This document shows positions 1 to 10,001 of a stretch of DNA of 64,000 bases, in pieces (the first letter of the stretch is position 1; every line of letters starts with the position of its first letter). The notes under the pieces were generated by a model. That model searched no databases and was not told where the DNA came from. It saw nothing but the letters and a program-made list of their open reading frames with translations. The DNA lies in assembly GCA_965248055.1 (NCBI GenBank), contig CBDFIJ010000004.1, positions 2,176,001 through 2,240,000 on the forward strand. Reading direction: 5' to 3'. Source of the DNA: Candidatus Multivoradales bacterium (GTDB lineage: Bacteria > Acidobacteriota > Thermoanaerobaculia > Multivoradales > JAHEKO01). The translations under genes were made by a program, and so were the position numbers.

Positions 1-1293
1 GGAGATCCAGGCTTTGCCGGAGTTGACGATGCGGCTGCAGATGGCTTCCAGGCGAGCGAGGGAGTTGTCAGCGTTCTCGCCGTCGGTCCAACACACGGTC
101 GGTAGAGGAGTGCGATTGACCACCTGCCATCCGTGGTCTGTGAGCTTGCGGCGCAAAACCTCACCCATTTCTGTCTGATGGCGGATCGCCTGCGCGTATC
201 CTTCCCAGCCAGCGACCAGTAGAGACAGAAAGACCTTGAGCCCGATGAAACGTCGCGACCACTGCATGCTGCTGGTGAAGGGATCGATGACGTCACTGCC
301 CACGGTCGGCATGTAGTCGGTGTGGATCGAAAACGCCCGGCGCAGAATGTCCGTATGCCGGGTGAGAAAAATCCCCGCTCCCATCGGTACCGACAGCCAC
401 TTGTGGGCGTCGAAAGTGATCGAGTCGGCGCGCTCAATGGCTCCAAGGTGAGGCCTTAGTTCAGGCACTAGCGCCGCGCCGCCGCCCCAAGCCGCGTCCG
501 CGTGCAGCCACATGTTTTCTTCAGCGGCGATCTCCACAAGGTCGTCAATGGGATCGATCAAGCCGGCGTTGGTGGTACCCATGGTGGCGACTACCAAGAA
601 AGGTCGATGCCCGCCGGCACGATCTTGAGATACGAGATCGCTCAGAGCACGCGGATCCATGGTGAAGTCGTTGCTCAACGGTACTTCGCGCACTGCAGTT
701 GTGCCCAGTCCGCAAGCGCGCGCGGCCTTGACCAACGAGTGGTGGCTCTCGCGGGTGACGTAAAAAACTGGCCTACCCTCAATAGCTGCCACTCCGTGCT
801 CAGAAAACTCTGGAAACTTCGCCACCAGGGCCGACAGCACGCCGGTGTGATTGGCTTCAGCCCCTCCAGAGGTGAATGAGCCGGCAAGAGTCGCCGGGTG
901 GTAGCCGAAGCGGCTGCCCAGGGCGCGCAAGCTGTGCTGTTCGATCTCACAGGCCGCCGGACTGTGACTCCACGCCGCCAACTGCGGATTGAACGCCGCC
1001 ACCAAAGCGTCGGCGGCGATGCTCACGGTGGTCGGATTGGGGTTGAATAACCCGTAGTAACTGCGGTGCGAGGTATGCACCTGGGTGCGCATCAACAAAT
1101 CGGCGATGAAGTCGAGAGCATCTTTGGGCGCTACTTCTTCGCCAAAATCAAACGGCGCTAGCTGCTGGCGGATCTCCTCGCCGGTAGTCGGCTGGCTGAC
1201 TGGTTCCTGATCGATCGTCTCCAGGTAACGCTCAATCCGTTCGATCAGCTGCTTCCAGAGAAGGTCGCGTTGTGTTTTGTCTAAGTTCAGCAT
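1..1293 (-). CDS. Group II pyridoxal-dependent decarboxylase (aromatic-L-amino-acid/DABA decarboxylase family), 3' end outside window
   Basis: Not in the ORF track because it runs off the edge. Manual translation from ATG at 1293 gives MLNLDKTQRDLLWKQ...YYGLFNPNPT...WLHADAAWGGGAAL...ADSITFDAHKWLSVPMGAG, which has the HxDAAW and PLP-lysine DAHKW motifs. Confidence 0.9.
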   Translation of the reverse strand, partial: MLNLDKTQRDLLWKQLIERIERYLETIDQEPVSQPTTGEEIRQQLAPFDFGEEVAPKDALDFIADLLMRTQVHTSHRSYYGLFNPNPTTVSIAADALVAAFNPQLAAWSHSPAACEIEQHSLRALGSRFGYHPATLAGSFTSGGAEANHTGVLSALVAKFPEFSEHGVAAIEGRPVFYVTRESHHSLVKAARACGLGTTAVREVPLSNDFTMDPRALSDLVSQDRAGGHRPFLVVATMGTTNAGLIDPIDDLVEIAAEENMWLHADAAWGGGAALVPELRPHLGAIERADSITFDAHKWLSVPMGAGIFLTRHTDILRRAFSIHTDYMPTVGSDVIDPFTSSMQWSRRFIGLKVFLSLLVAGWEGYAQAIRHQTEMGEVLRRKLTDHGWQVVNRTPLPTVCWTDGENADNSLARLEAICSRIVNSGKAWIS

Positions 1294-1395
1294 CGGATCG
1301 CAATACTAGCTGCTACTAACGCTACTGACTTTTTGAGATAGGTCCCGGTGCTACTGAAGCTGGGCCTCGTGGGTGGCGTGGATTAATATGGCACA

Positions 1396-3879
1396 ATGAA
1401 AAGAAATACAAAAGACTATTCGCCCACCGAGCGCAGTCGTACCGCCGGTCTCTGGATTTTGCTCGCATTGGTCACCACCACAGCATTCGCCCAGGCTCCA
1501 ATCGTTCACCCTGGTTCGCCTGGCGAGCCAGCGCGCGAACTCAGTCCAGCCGAAGCGATTGATATCGCCAACACGAGTTATTCACCGGACGACGTACGTT
1601 TCATGCACGACATGATTCCGCATCACCATCAGGCGCTGGAGATGGCCGCGTTGGTGACTGAGCGTACCAATCGACCTGAATTAATTGATGTCGCCGGGCG
1701 TATCAACGCGTCACAAGATGACGAGATTGAGTTTATGCACCGCTGGCTCGCTGGGCGTGGTGAACATGCTCCCGATCCAACCGACCACAAGGTAATGCAC
1801 ACTAGCCACGAGATGGCTGGTATGGCGACTCCAGAGCAAATGTCCGCACTGGCTGCGTCTCAAAGCACGGACTTTGATCGTTTGTTTCTGGAGCTGATGA
1901 TCGCCCACCACGAGGGAGCGGTGGAGATGGTGGATGAATTGCTTGAGCAGCCGGGATCGGCCTACGACCCGATACTTTTCGAGTTTACTAGCGATGTAAT
2001 CAATGACCAGAACGCAGAAATCAAGCGCATGAACGTGCTTCTTGCTGGCCTGTCCACCGACCCTCGGGCGACGCTAGCACCTGGGATTGAGGATGCTGGC
2101 GAGGCGACCTTGAACCTCAAGCTAGTTGCTTCGTTGCCCAAGCCTCCGGGCTTCTTCGACCCCGAAAATCCGGCAGGGTTGCCGCTTGAGCAACTGCGAA
2201 AACAGGCTCAAGAAGAAGGGCCGGATCAAGCAGTCGAAGGCATTCCAGTTGCCGAGGAAAAAGAGAAGGAGGACGAAGAGGACGAACGTTGGCCGCTGTT
2301 GAGTTTTGCCAATACCGATATGGCATTTTCTGGTGATGTTTTGGTGGTTGGTAACTACCACGGTTTCAACATCTACCGACTAGGCGACGACGGTCGTCCG
2401 TACTTGGTCAGTTCGGTGGTCTGCCCCGGCGGTCAAGGCGACGTTTCCATTGTTGGTGATCTGTTGATTATGTCGGTGGAACAGACTCGGGGTCGGCTCG
2501 ACTGCGGGCTTGAGGGTGTGCGCGAAGATGTCAGTTCCCAACGTTTTCGCGGTTTGCGCATCTTTGACATCAGCAATTTGACCCGCCCAGTGCAGGTTGG
2601 TGCGGTGCAGACTTGCCGTGGATCGCACACCCATTCGGTGGTGTCTGGCCCCCATATGGATGGAGGCGAGTCCGATCGAATTATCGTTTATAACTCGGGT
2701 ACCAGCTCGGTTCGCGATGAGGAGGAGCTTGACGGTTGTTTCGGTGAGTTGCCGGGTGATGACCGTACGGCTTTGTTTCGCATCGACGTAATCGAGATCC
2801 CGGTGGACGATCCGGCGTCGGCGCGCATCGTCGATAGTCCAACTGTCTTCGCTGACTCGGAGACCGGCATCCTTGCGGGTCTCTGGCGTGGTGGTGATCA
2901 CGGGGACGACACACAAGAGACCGACGCCACCGATCAATGCCACGACATCACTGTGTTTCCGGAGCGTGGCATTGCCGCCGGTGCGTGTTCTGGCAATGGC
3001 ATCTTGTTCGATATCTCCAACCCGAGGAAACCGAAACGGATTGACGCGGTGGTCGACAAGGGATTTGCATACTGGCATTCGGCGACCTTCAACAACGACG
3101 GCACCAAGGTGCTATTTACCGACGAGTGGGGTGGTGGAAGCCGACCACGTTGCCGCGCCTATGACCCACTCACTTGGGGGGCAAACGCGTTTTACGATGT
3201 CGTCGATGGCAAGCTTGAATTTCGCTCTCACTACAAGTTACCTGCACCGCAGCTCGAGCAAGAAAATTGCGTCGCCCACAATGGTTCCATTGTGCCGGTA
3301 CCTGGCCGCGACATCTTCGTCCAGGCTTGGTATCAGGGTGGAATCTCGGTCATCGACTTCACCGACTCGGCCAATCCGCTAGAGATCGCCTACTTCGACC
3401 GGGGTCCTATTGATGCCGAAGAATTGATTGTTGGTGGATTCTGGTCGACCTATTGGTACAACGGACGTATTTACGGAACTGAGATCGTGCGCGGCTTAGA
3501 CGTACTGGCTCTGGTACCGAGTGAGCACCTGTCGGCAAACGAGATCGCGGCAGCCGCTCTTGCTGACGAAGGCGGTACCTTCAATCCGCAGCAGCAATTC
3601 TCCGTTACTTGGCCAGCCGAGCCGGTCGTGGCGCGTGCCTATTTGGATCAGCTGGTGCGCAGTCAAGCGATGCCTCAGGCCGATGCGTCCAAGATCGCCG
3701 CAGCGTTAGACCGGGCAGAAAAACCCCTCGAAGCAGGCGTTGTTGAGAAGGGTCTGGCTGCAGAGCTGAGATCATTTGTCGGGTTGTCGGCGGGAGAAGA
3801 TGTTGGAGATCGCGAAGCGCAGAGGAGACTTACTGCGCTCCATGCCGTCCTAGGGGGCATCGCGGCAAGGCTGCAATAA
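1396..3879 (+). CDS. Secreted DUF305 domain + LVIVD-type beta-propeller protein
   Basis: Signal peptide. DUF305 motifs DVRFMHDMIPHHHQALEMA and FDRLFLELMIAHHEGAVEM. C-terminal repeats CPGGQGDVS, GLRIFDIS, CVAHNG, QAWYQGGISVIDF. Confidence 0.8.
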   Translation: MKRNTKDYSPTERSRTAGLWILLALVTTTAFAQAPIVHPGSPGEPARELSPAEAIDIANTSYSPDDVRFMHDMIPHHHQALEMAALVTERTNRPELIDVAGRINASQDDEIEFMHRWLAGRGEHAPDPTDHKVMHTSHEMAGMATPEQMSALAASQSTDFDRLFLELMIAHHEGAVEMVDELLEQPGSAYDPILFEFTSDVINDQNAEIKRMNVLLAGLSTDPRATLAPGIEDAGEATLNLKLVASLPKPPGFFDPENPAGLPLEQLRKQAQEEGPDQAVEGIPVAEEKEKEDEEDERWPLLSFANTDMAFSGDVLVVGNYHGFNIYRLGDDGRPYLVSSVVCPGGQGDVSIVGDLLIMSVEQTRGRLDCGLEGVREDVSSQRFRGLRIFDISNLTRPVQVGAVQTCRGSHTHSVVSGPHMDGGESDRIIVYNSGTSSVRDEEELDGCFGELPGDDRTALFRIDVIEIPVDDPASARIVDSPTVFADSETGILAGLWRGGDHGDDTQETDATDQCHDITVFPERGIAAGACSGNGILFDISNPRKPKRIDAVVDKGFAYWHSATFNNDGTKVLFTDEWGGGSRPRCRAYDPLTWGANAFYDVVDGKLEFRSHYKLPAPQLEQENCVAHNGSIVPVPGRDIFVQAWYQGGISVIDFTDSANPLEIAYFDRGPIDAEELIVGGFWSTYWYNGRIYGTEIVRGLDVLALVPSEHLSANEIAAAALADEGGTFNPQQQFSVTWPAEPVVARAYLDQLVRSQAMPQADASKIAAALDRAEKPLEAGVVEKGLAAELRSFVGLSAGEDVGDREAQRRLTALHAVLGGIAARLQ

Positions 3880-4182
3880 AGCCACCCAGAAATCATGGGA
3901 AAGCGGGGGTCGATTCGGGACAGGTGGCCTATCTATCCTTCCGTTTCCACTCAGCGGTATGAGGTCGCAGATGACGGCTGTCAGATCGTTGGGGTTTGTT
4001 ACCAAAGGCTCGGTGTCCAGGGTCGTCTGATTCTAGAGCCGCTTGATGATCTCGACTACTTGGCACCGATGGCCTTGTTCGATCGGTAGCCCGCCCCTTA
4101 TTAGTCGCTCATGGCGGCGAGTCTCGAGAATCGATAGCCTAGGGCGCCCCGGCGGAAGGGATCAACGAAAGGAAGATCGATC

Positions 4183-4974
4183 ATGAGTGAGTTCTTGAAC
4201 CTCGAAAACTTTGTGACCCTTGGCTTGTTGACTCTGCTCCAGGCAGTTTTGGGTTTGGACAATCTGCTCTACATCTCTCTGGAGTCGAAGCGGGCTCCGG
4301 CGGAGAAGCAGGCGATGGTGCGCAGGTTGGGGATCGCGATCGCCATCGGTGCTCGAATCGCGCTGCTATTTGTCCTGGTGAACTTGGTTCGCTTTTTCCA
4401 AGCGCCATTTTTTGGCATTCACGCAGGTGGTATCGCCGAAGGAGAGTTCAATGGGCACTCGCTGATCGTTCTCCTGGGCGGTGTCTTTATTTTGTATACC
4501 GCCACCAAAGAAATCTTCCACATGATGGGGATGGAAGATGTCGATCATGAACAGCGAACAAGCCGTTCGGTCGGAACCACGGTGGCTTGGATTGTGGCGA
4601 TGAATTTGGTGTTCTCGTTTGACTCGATCTTGAGCGCCATGGCGTTGACCGATGTGTTTTGGGTGATGGCGGTGGCGATTGTCATCGGCGGCCTGTTGAT
4701 GATTTGGATGTCCGATCGGGTTGCCGAGTTTCTCGAGAGAAACCGCATGTACGAAGTGCTCGGTCTTTTCGTCCTGTTCGTGGTCGGCATCATGTTGCTG
4801 ACCGAGGGCGCACACCTGGCCCATTTGAAATTGGCCGGCAACCCGATCACGCCGATGACCAAGACCACTTTCTACTTCGTGATTGGCGTCCTGATCCTCA
4901 CCGACGTGGTGCAGAGCCGCTATCAGAAGAAACTGGTCGCGTTACGTCGACCGGCGGACCCACATAGATCGTAG
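4183..4974 (+). CDS. TerC-family integral membrane protein
   Basis: VLGLDNLLYI and NLVFSFDSILSA TerC motifs with multiple TM helices. Confidence 0.9.
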   Translation: MSEFLNLENFVTLGLLTLLQAVLGLDNLLYISLESKRAPAEKQAMVRRLGIAIAIGARIALLFVLVNLVRFFQAPFFGIHAGGIAEGEFNGHSLIVLLGGVFILYTATKEIFHMMGMEDVDHEQRTSRSVGTTVAWIVAMNLVFSFDSILSAMALTDVFWVMAVAIVIGGLLMIWMSDRVAEFLERNRMYEVLGLFVLFVVGIMLLTEGAHLAHLKLAGNPITPMTKTTFYFVIGVLILTDVVQSRYQKKLVALRRPADPHRS

Positions 4975-5028
4975 CGGCGTCATTTGACTCGCGATTCTCC
5001 TGAAATAGCCGTGAATACCACGACTTTT

Positions 5029-5060
5029 TAGGGGACACAATACAAGTATTGTGTCCCCTA
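5029..5060. repeat. REP-like perfect palindrome, copy 1 (TAGGGGACACAATAC-AA-GTATTGTGTCCCCTA)
   Basis: 15-bp inverted arms with a 2-nt loop. The 28-bp core is identical to the copies at 13428 and 22343. Confidence 0.9.
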
Positions 5061-5485
5061 GCTGTCAAAGCGTTGATGCTGCCTGGTTCGTACCAAGTAG
5101 TCCACCATCAACCAGTTTGGTCCCTACAAATGAGTAACCTTCTATGAGTCGGTCGGTCTATCTCACGGCGTATTTTTAGTTCAGTCATTGGTTCTCTTGG
5201 TTCGGATGGATCCTCAGGACGAGCTTCTATTCGCACTCTCTCAGGGTCCGTCTTTGGACCGATGCATGGTGAGTTTTTCGTCTGTTGAAATTCGACGCTT
5301 CCATCTGTCACCGTATTCGTGTATTTCCTTGATACCAGTGGTTCACTGGCGAATAGACCCCGTTGCAGCGGGGCTAAGCGTTTGCTCAAGAAAAGCTCTG
5401 ACAACGATCAGGACAAGTTAGACATGCACCGCAACACTTCGACGCGCAGCGGGATCAACCGCGGCAACAATCTAGGAGATACCTG

Positions 5486-5905
5486 ATGCATTCAGTATTC
5501 AGTAAGACCGGCCCGACACCACAGAAACTTCTAATCTTTTTCTCTGATCTGGAGTTCGCAACCATGCCCACTAGCTTGAAACGTAACGGAAAGGTCCTTG
5601 AGGTTCGGCCGCAAGCCTTACGGCTACTTGAATTATTGATTTCTGGGACCGGTTCAGTGGTCTCTTTGGACGAGATCGCCGATTTCTTGTGGCCCAATGC
5701 CCCCTATGGTGACCGCTTGTGTAAGGTCCGGGTCGTGATGACCCACCTGCGCAGAGCAATTGGAGACAATGTAAGTAGCCCCACATGCATTGAAACAATT
5801 CGAGGTCAAGGATACAGGTTCGTGGCTCCAGTAGAATATTCCGAGTTCTCACTGGTGCGACGGGCGGACAACGCGGACACCTCACGCCTGTTTGCCACGC
5901 GGTAA
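5486..5905 (+). CDS. Stand-alone OmpR/PhoB-type winged-helix DNA-binding protein
   Basis: PQALRLLELL...VVSLDEIADFLW...LRRAIGD...IETIRGQGYRF, a Trans_reg_C signature with no receiver domain. Confidence 0.75.
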   Translation: MHSVFSKTGPTPQKLLIFFSDLEFATMPTSLKRNGKVLEVRPQALRLLELLISGTGSVVSLDEIADFLWPNAPYGDRLCKVRVVMTHLRRAIGDNVSSPTCIETIRGQGYRFVAPVEYSEFSLVRRADNADTSRLFATR

Positions 5906-5908
5906 TCT

Positions 5909-8140
5909 GTGTCGGTTGGTACGGACATTGCTCCGAGACCGAGTATGCGCTCTAGGCAGATGGTATTCCAAGACCCCAAGCAAAGCCCTGAGAGGACCAA
6001 GAACCTTCTACCTTTTGAGTTGGAGCGTGAAGGGAAGCAGGCCGCCGAAGCGGAGGCGACGGCGTTTCCCGACGGCGTGTTGTTGCTGGGATCAGCCGTG
6101 ATCCAACCTCGTCGGTTATCGGTTACCAATGGCCATGGAACCAAGAAAGTGGAGCACCAAGCGATGCGGGTGCTCCTGGCTCTAGCCCGGCACTCGCAGC
6201 GAGTTGTCACGCGCGAAGAATTGCTTCAAGAAGCCTGGCCAGATGTCATCGTCAGCGATGACTCTCTGAGTCGGGCGGTGTCCTTGATACGTAAAGCCTT
6301 GGAAGATCACCCGGAGGATTCTCGGTACATCCAGACGGTTCCTAAGGTGGGGTACCGTTTGATCCCCGTTCCGGAATGGAAGCCCGGCGTGGGGGTGATG
6401 AAATCGTACGGTGGACTTGGGCGTAGATGGATGTTGGTGGCACTGGTGATGGGGGCTGGCGCATTGATCCTTGGACTGACCTTCGCTCGACAGCTGCCTT
6501 GGCAGGATAGCGAGACCAGTAGAGAAAACCAGCCTGAGGTTGCAGAGGCTCGGATCTCGTCGCTGCCCGGTATTGAAACTGATCCTGTCTTCTCCCCCGA
6601 TGGGAAGTGGATCTTGTTTACCCACACTCCGAGTGGTGCGAAAGATTCAGATATTTTCGTAACCACAGACGACGGTAGCGACTGGAGGGCAATTGTCAGC
6701 ACTCCGGGTGTTGACCATAGTCCGAGTTGGGCGCCCGACGGTAGCCGCTTCGCTTGGATGCGGCAGGAATTGATAAACGGCAATCAAGTTTGCACCATCG
6801 TCGCGGTCAACCTGCTCAACCCTACCGTTGAGCAGGTCATAGGAGAGTGTTTCGACTGGAAACAGCAAAGCTTACTCTGGTGGACTGAGAAATCCATGCT
6901 TATGACGGGTGGAGCGGGAGAGGATGGTTTATACGGCCGCGGGCTTGAACGGCTGGACATCGATACCGGTACCCGGATTCCTGTCACCTTTCCACCCTTG
7001 GATTCGATCGGAGATTTCGTCGGCAGAACTTCAAAGAACGGATACGTTGCGTTCATCCGCAGCAGGGCGGGCGCCAGAGACACTCTGCATGTTCTCGACC
7101 CGAAGGGGACAACCCGGCAAGTCAGCACTGGAGATTGGAGTGTCTTTGGTTTGGACTGGACGCCCAGCGGAGATGCTCTAGTAGTTTCGGGGTCGCCGAT
7201 TGGTGAGCAACGCGGAATATGGATTCTGTCTCTTGAAGACGACCAAATTGAGATGATCGCCTCTGTTCACAGCGACTCCGTCACTGTTTCTCCGGCTGGC
7301 TCCGTCGTCTACACCGCCTCCACCACTAATATTGATACTTACGTCTTGTCCGACCCAAGTTCAAGTTCTCCCAAGCTGGTCGAACCACTAGTAAGTTCGA
7401 CATCGGATGACGAATATCCGACTCTCAGACCCTCAAAAAACGTAATTGCCCTCGTTTCGTCGCGTGATGGCCACCCGCAGATCTGGACCATCGATCTTGC
7501 CGACCAGTCGTGGACAAAGACCACCAATTTGAGGGCTACCGTCGTCGAACGGCCGGTTTGGACCGGCGACACAATCTGGTTCGCAGCCGACGGGGATATT
7601 TACTCAGTCGATACAAAGGATCGCCGGGTCACACAGAGGACAACGAACCCCGCCGCTGACCGCGACCCCGTGGTATTGCCGAATGGCGATCTTGTGTTCG
7701 CATCCAACCGCAGCGGAAAGTGGAATCTTTGGCTGTACAAAGACAACGGCGAACCGCGCCAGATCACCGAAACCGGAGGTTACTTTCCTAGCTTGCGCCC
7801 TGATGGTGCCTGGCTTTACTTTCAAAAATGGTCAGAAGCAGGCATCTGGCGTGTGCGCGCTGACGCTCTCACGGATCCTGCCGAATTGGTCAGCGACATA
7901 TGGGTCTTGCGGGCGAACTGGTTGCCCCTCATGGACGGCAGCATAGTCTGGTATCGAAGTGGCCGAGTCTGGTACGAAGGTTCGGATGGGTCGGCTGCGC
8001 GCGAGGTCACTGCACTCCCCACCAGTGATTTCATGGTGGCTGGTATGAGCCATTTCAAAAATGGGGCACTCGCTATTGCGTTTAGCGGCCCGGCCGAGGC
8101 CGATCTGTTTCGCCGCGATCTGTCGGCTCGTGCGCCATAG
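5909..8140 (+). CDS. CadC/ToxR-like membrane-anchored transcriptional regulator with periplasmic TolB/PD40 beta-propeller (true start may be further downstream)
   Basis: wHTH (VVTREELLQEAW...IQTVPKVGYRL), one TM helix, then PD40 repeats (PVFSPDGKWI, PSWAPDGSRF, WTPSGD). Confidence 0.85.
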   Translation: MSVGTDIAPRPSMRSRQMVFQDPKQSPERTKNLLPFELEREGKQAAEAEATAFPDGVLLLGSAVIQPRRLSVTNGHGTKKVEHQAMRVLLALARHSQRVVTREELLQEAWPDVIVSDDSLSRAVSLIRKALEDHPEDSRYIQTVPKVGYRLIPVPEWKPGVGVMKSYGGLGRRWMLVALVMGAGALILGLTFARQLPWQDSETSRENQPEVAEARISSLPGIETDPVFSPDGKWILFTHTPSGAKDSDIFVTTDDGSDWRAIVSTPGVDHSPSWAPDGSRFAWMRQELINGNQVCTIVAVNLLNPTVEQVIGECFDWKQQSLLWWTEKSMLMTGGAGEDGLYGRGLERLDIDTGTRIPVTFPPLDSIGDFVGRTSKNGYVAFIRSRAGARDTLHVLDPKGTTRQVSTGDWSVFGLDWTPSGDALVVSGSPIGEQRGIWILSLEDDQIEMIASVHSDSVTVSPAGSVVYTASTTNIDTYVLSDPSSSSPKLVEPLVSSTSDDEYPTLRPSKNVIALVSSRDGHPQIWTIDLADQSWTKTTNLRATVVERPVWTGDTIWFAADGDIYSVDTKDRRVTQRTTNPAADRDPVVLPNGDLVFASNRSGKWNLWLYKDNGEPRQITETGGYFPSLRPDGAWLYFQKWSEAGIWRVRADALTDPAELVSDIWVLRANWLPLMDGSIVWYRSGRVWYEGSDGSAAREVTALPTSDFMVAGMSHFKNGALAIAFSGPAEADLFRRDLSARAP

Positions 8141-8402
8141 TTGGCTAGTTTGTCCAACCTTTAGAACTACTAGTTCAAGAAACTGAACAACTTACAGCAG
8201 TCCCTGCAAACGCAGTCTTGGTAAACCGGGACTTGTCGTTGGGAGGTGAACATAGTGCTTGCATGACGTTTCGCAGCGATCACTCTCCATCGAACGATGT
8301 TTCCTCTCGGGCTACTTGGGTTCGATCATTGCCAGGATGGCTTCGAACTTGCCCTTCAGTTAAGGAGGGATCGGTATCGAAATAGACAGGGAGAAAAAAC
8401 GA

Positions 8403-9458
8403 ATGTCCAGAATCACTTCACTCTTGATGACCACCTTGCTCTTCACCGGGGCTGCGGCCGCGCACGCCCCGCAGACCGAACTTCCGTGTACCACGGATGA
8501 GTATCGTCAGTTCGATTCTTGGGTAGGGGACTGGGTTGTCACCACCTTGGATGGCAACCGTGCCGGCGAGAACAAGATTCGGCCAATCTTGAACGGCTGC
8601 GTGTTGCTTGAAAAATGGCATGGCGCGCGCGGTTCGATGGGCAAGAGTTTCAACGCGTATTCTGCGCGCTCCGGCGAATGGCGCCAGGCTTGGGTCAGCG
8701 GTATCGGAGGACGTCTGGATTTGGCAGGTGGGCTCGATGACCGGGGCCACATGGTCTTAACTGAAACGATGACGGACCAGGAGCGTGGCGAAGTCCTCCA
8801 CAAGATCTCGTGGACACCCCAAGAGGACGGTACGGTGAAGCAACATTGGCGCACTTCCGATGACAATGGAGCAGAATGGGCCGACAGCTTTGTCGGGATC
8901 TACACGCGGCAAGTCGATTCCACCCAAAGTATGTCGGATTCGAGCTTGTACAACGGAAACGACGTTGGAATCGCAGGCCCGCATGGCCGGCTACATCCCC
9001 AATCGCCCTCGGAAGCCGATCAGTTCGACTTCCTGATCGGAGAATTTTCCTGTAACGACCGTTCGCGGCGCGCAGATGGGGCATGGAGGGAATCGAAGGC
9101 AACCTGGAAGGCTCACTACATCCTGAACGGTCACGGCATCCAAGATGACTACCGGAACAGTGCCATGGCGGGTACTGGAATCCGGGTCTGGGATTCGCAG
9201 GAAGAAAACTGGCGCGTTTCCTTCTATGGAATGCCAGGTAATGCGTTTGGGCTTGAGTGGAAAGGCCGCAAAGAAGGCGACAACATGGTGATGCGGCGAT
9301 CAACCAACAACGCCGCCGGTACTGCGGTAGAGAGTGTGCTCACTTTCTCGGAGATCACGGCGAATGGGTTTGAATGGGAGAGTCTCAAAATTCCTGCGGA
9401 GGGAGATCCCTTCGCAACTTGGAAGATTTCGTGTACCCGAAACGCAAGTGACAGTTAG
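8403..9458 (+). CDS. Secreted protein with two tandem DUF1579-like beta-barrel domains
   Basis: Signal peptide and upstream GGGAG RBS. Internal duplication: EYRQFDSWVGDW...ILNG versus EADQFDFLIGEF...ILNG. Confidence 0.6.
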   Translation: MSRITSLLMTTLLFTGAAAAHAPQTELPCTTDEYRQFDSWVGDWVVTTLDGNRAGENKIRPILNGCVLLEKWHGARGSMGKSFNAYSARSGEWRQAWVSGIGGRLDLAGGLDDRGHMVLTETMTDQERGEVLHKISWTPQEDGTVKQHWRTSDDNGAEWADSFVGIYTRQVDSTQSMSDSSLYNGNDVGIAGPHGRLHPQSPSEADQFDFLIGEFSCNDRSRRADGAWRESKATWKAHYILNGHGIQDDYRNSAMAGTGIRVWDSQEENWRVSFYGMPGNAFGLEWKGRKEGDNMVMRRSTNNAAGTAVESVLTFSEITANGFEWESLKIPAEGDPFATWKISCTRNASDS

Positions 9459-10001
9459 CTAGGAACTTCACTTGGGTGCAGCGTTGTGGCGCCTGCCGCA
9501 GGTGTTCCAGAGAGCGTCGACAGCATCGCCCTCCAACCGTTTTCGGTTAGTAGTTTGCGCCGGCGCATCAATCCATGATGACGACGGCTTCGCCGCCTCT
9601 ACAAGCACAGTGGATGGGAGCCATTGGGTAATAGTGCTTGGTTGATTCACTCCTCCAGCACGCGGTCGCCTAACGGCTCTGACGAGTTCAGAATTGGCCT
9701 CGCCCAATTTCGGTCCAAGTGCCGAATCAACCTTTTGAACAAGACCCCCTGTTCGATCCGGTTGGTTGAATCAACCGGGTGTTTGGAGGTATGGGAGTGC
9801 CTCAATTCTTGGCAAGAAACCGAAAAAACAGGGTCGAGTCAACGTTATTGTCATTGCCAAGTATTTCTTTGTGTGTAGCTCGCGTTATGAGAGCGGATGA
9901 TTACCAGCGACACCGCCGACTGGGGAATGTTGATTGCTGTTCTCGTCTGGCAGTGCACGCGGCCATTGAGGTCACGGAGCAACTTCGATAAGGAGAAACG
10001 A

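Noticed and set aside
502-950. Tracked ORFs 502-879 (+) and 675-950 (-)
   Set aside because: Shadow frames of the decarboxylase gene.
1305-1356. Repeated GCTACT hexamers in the divergent promoter region
   Set aside because: Short and irregularly spaced; cannot be distinguished from chance.
5108-5421. Short ORFs between palindrome 1 and the wHTH gene
   Set aside because: No motif, RBS or family resemblance that I can support.
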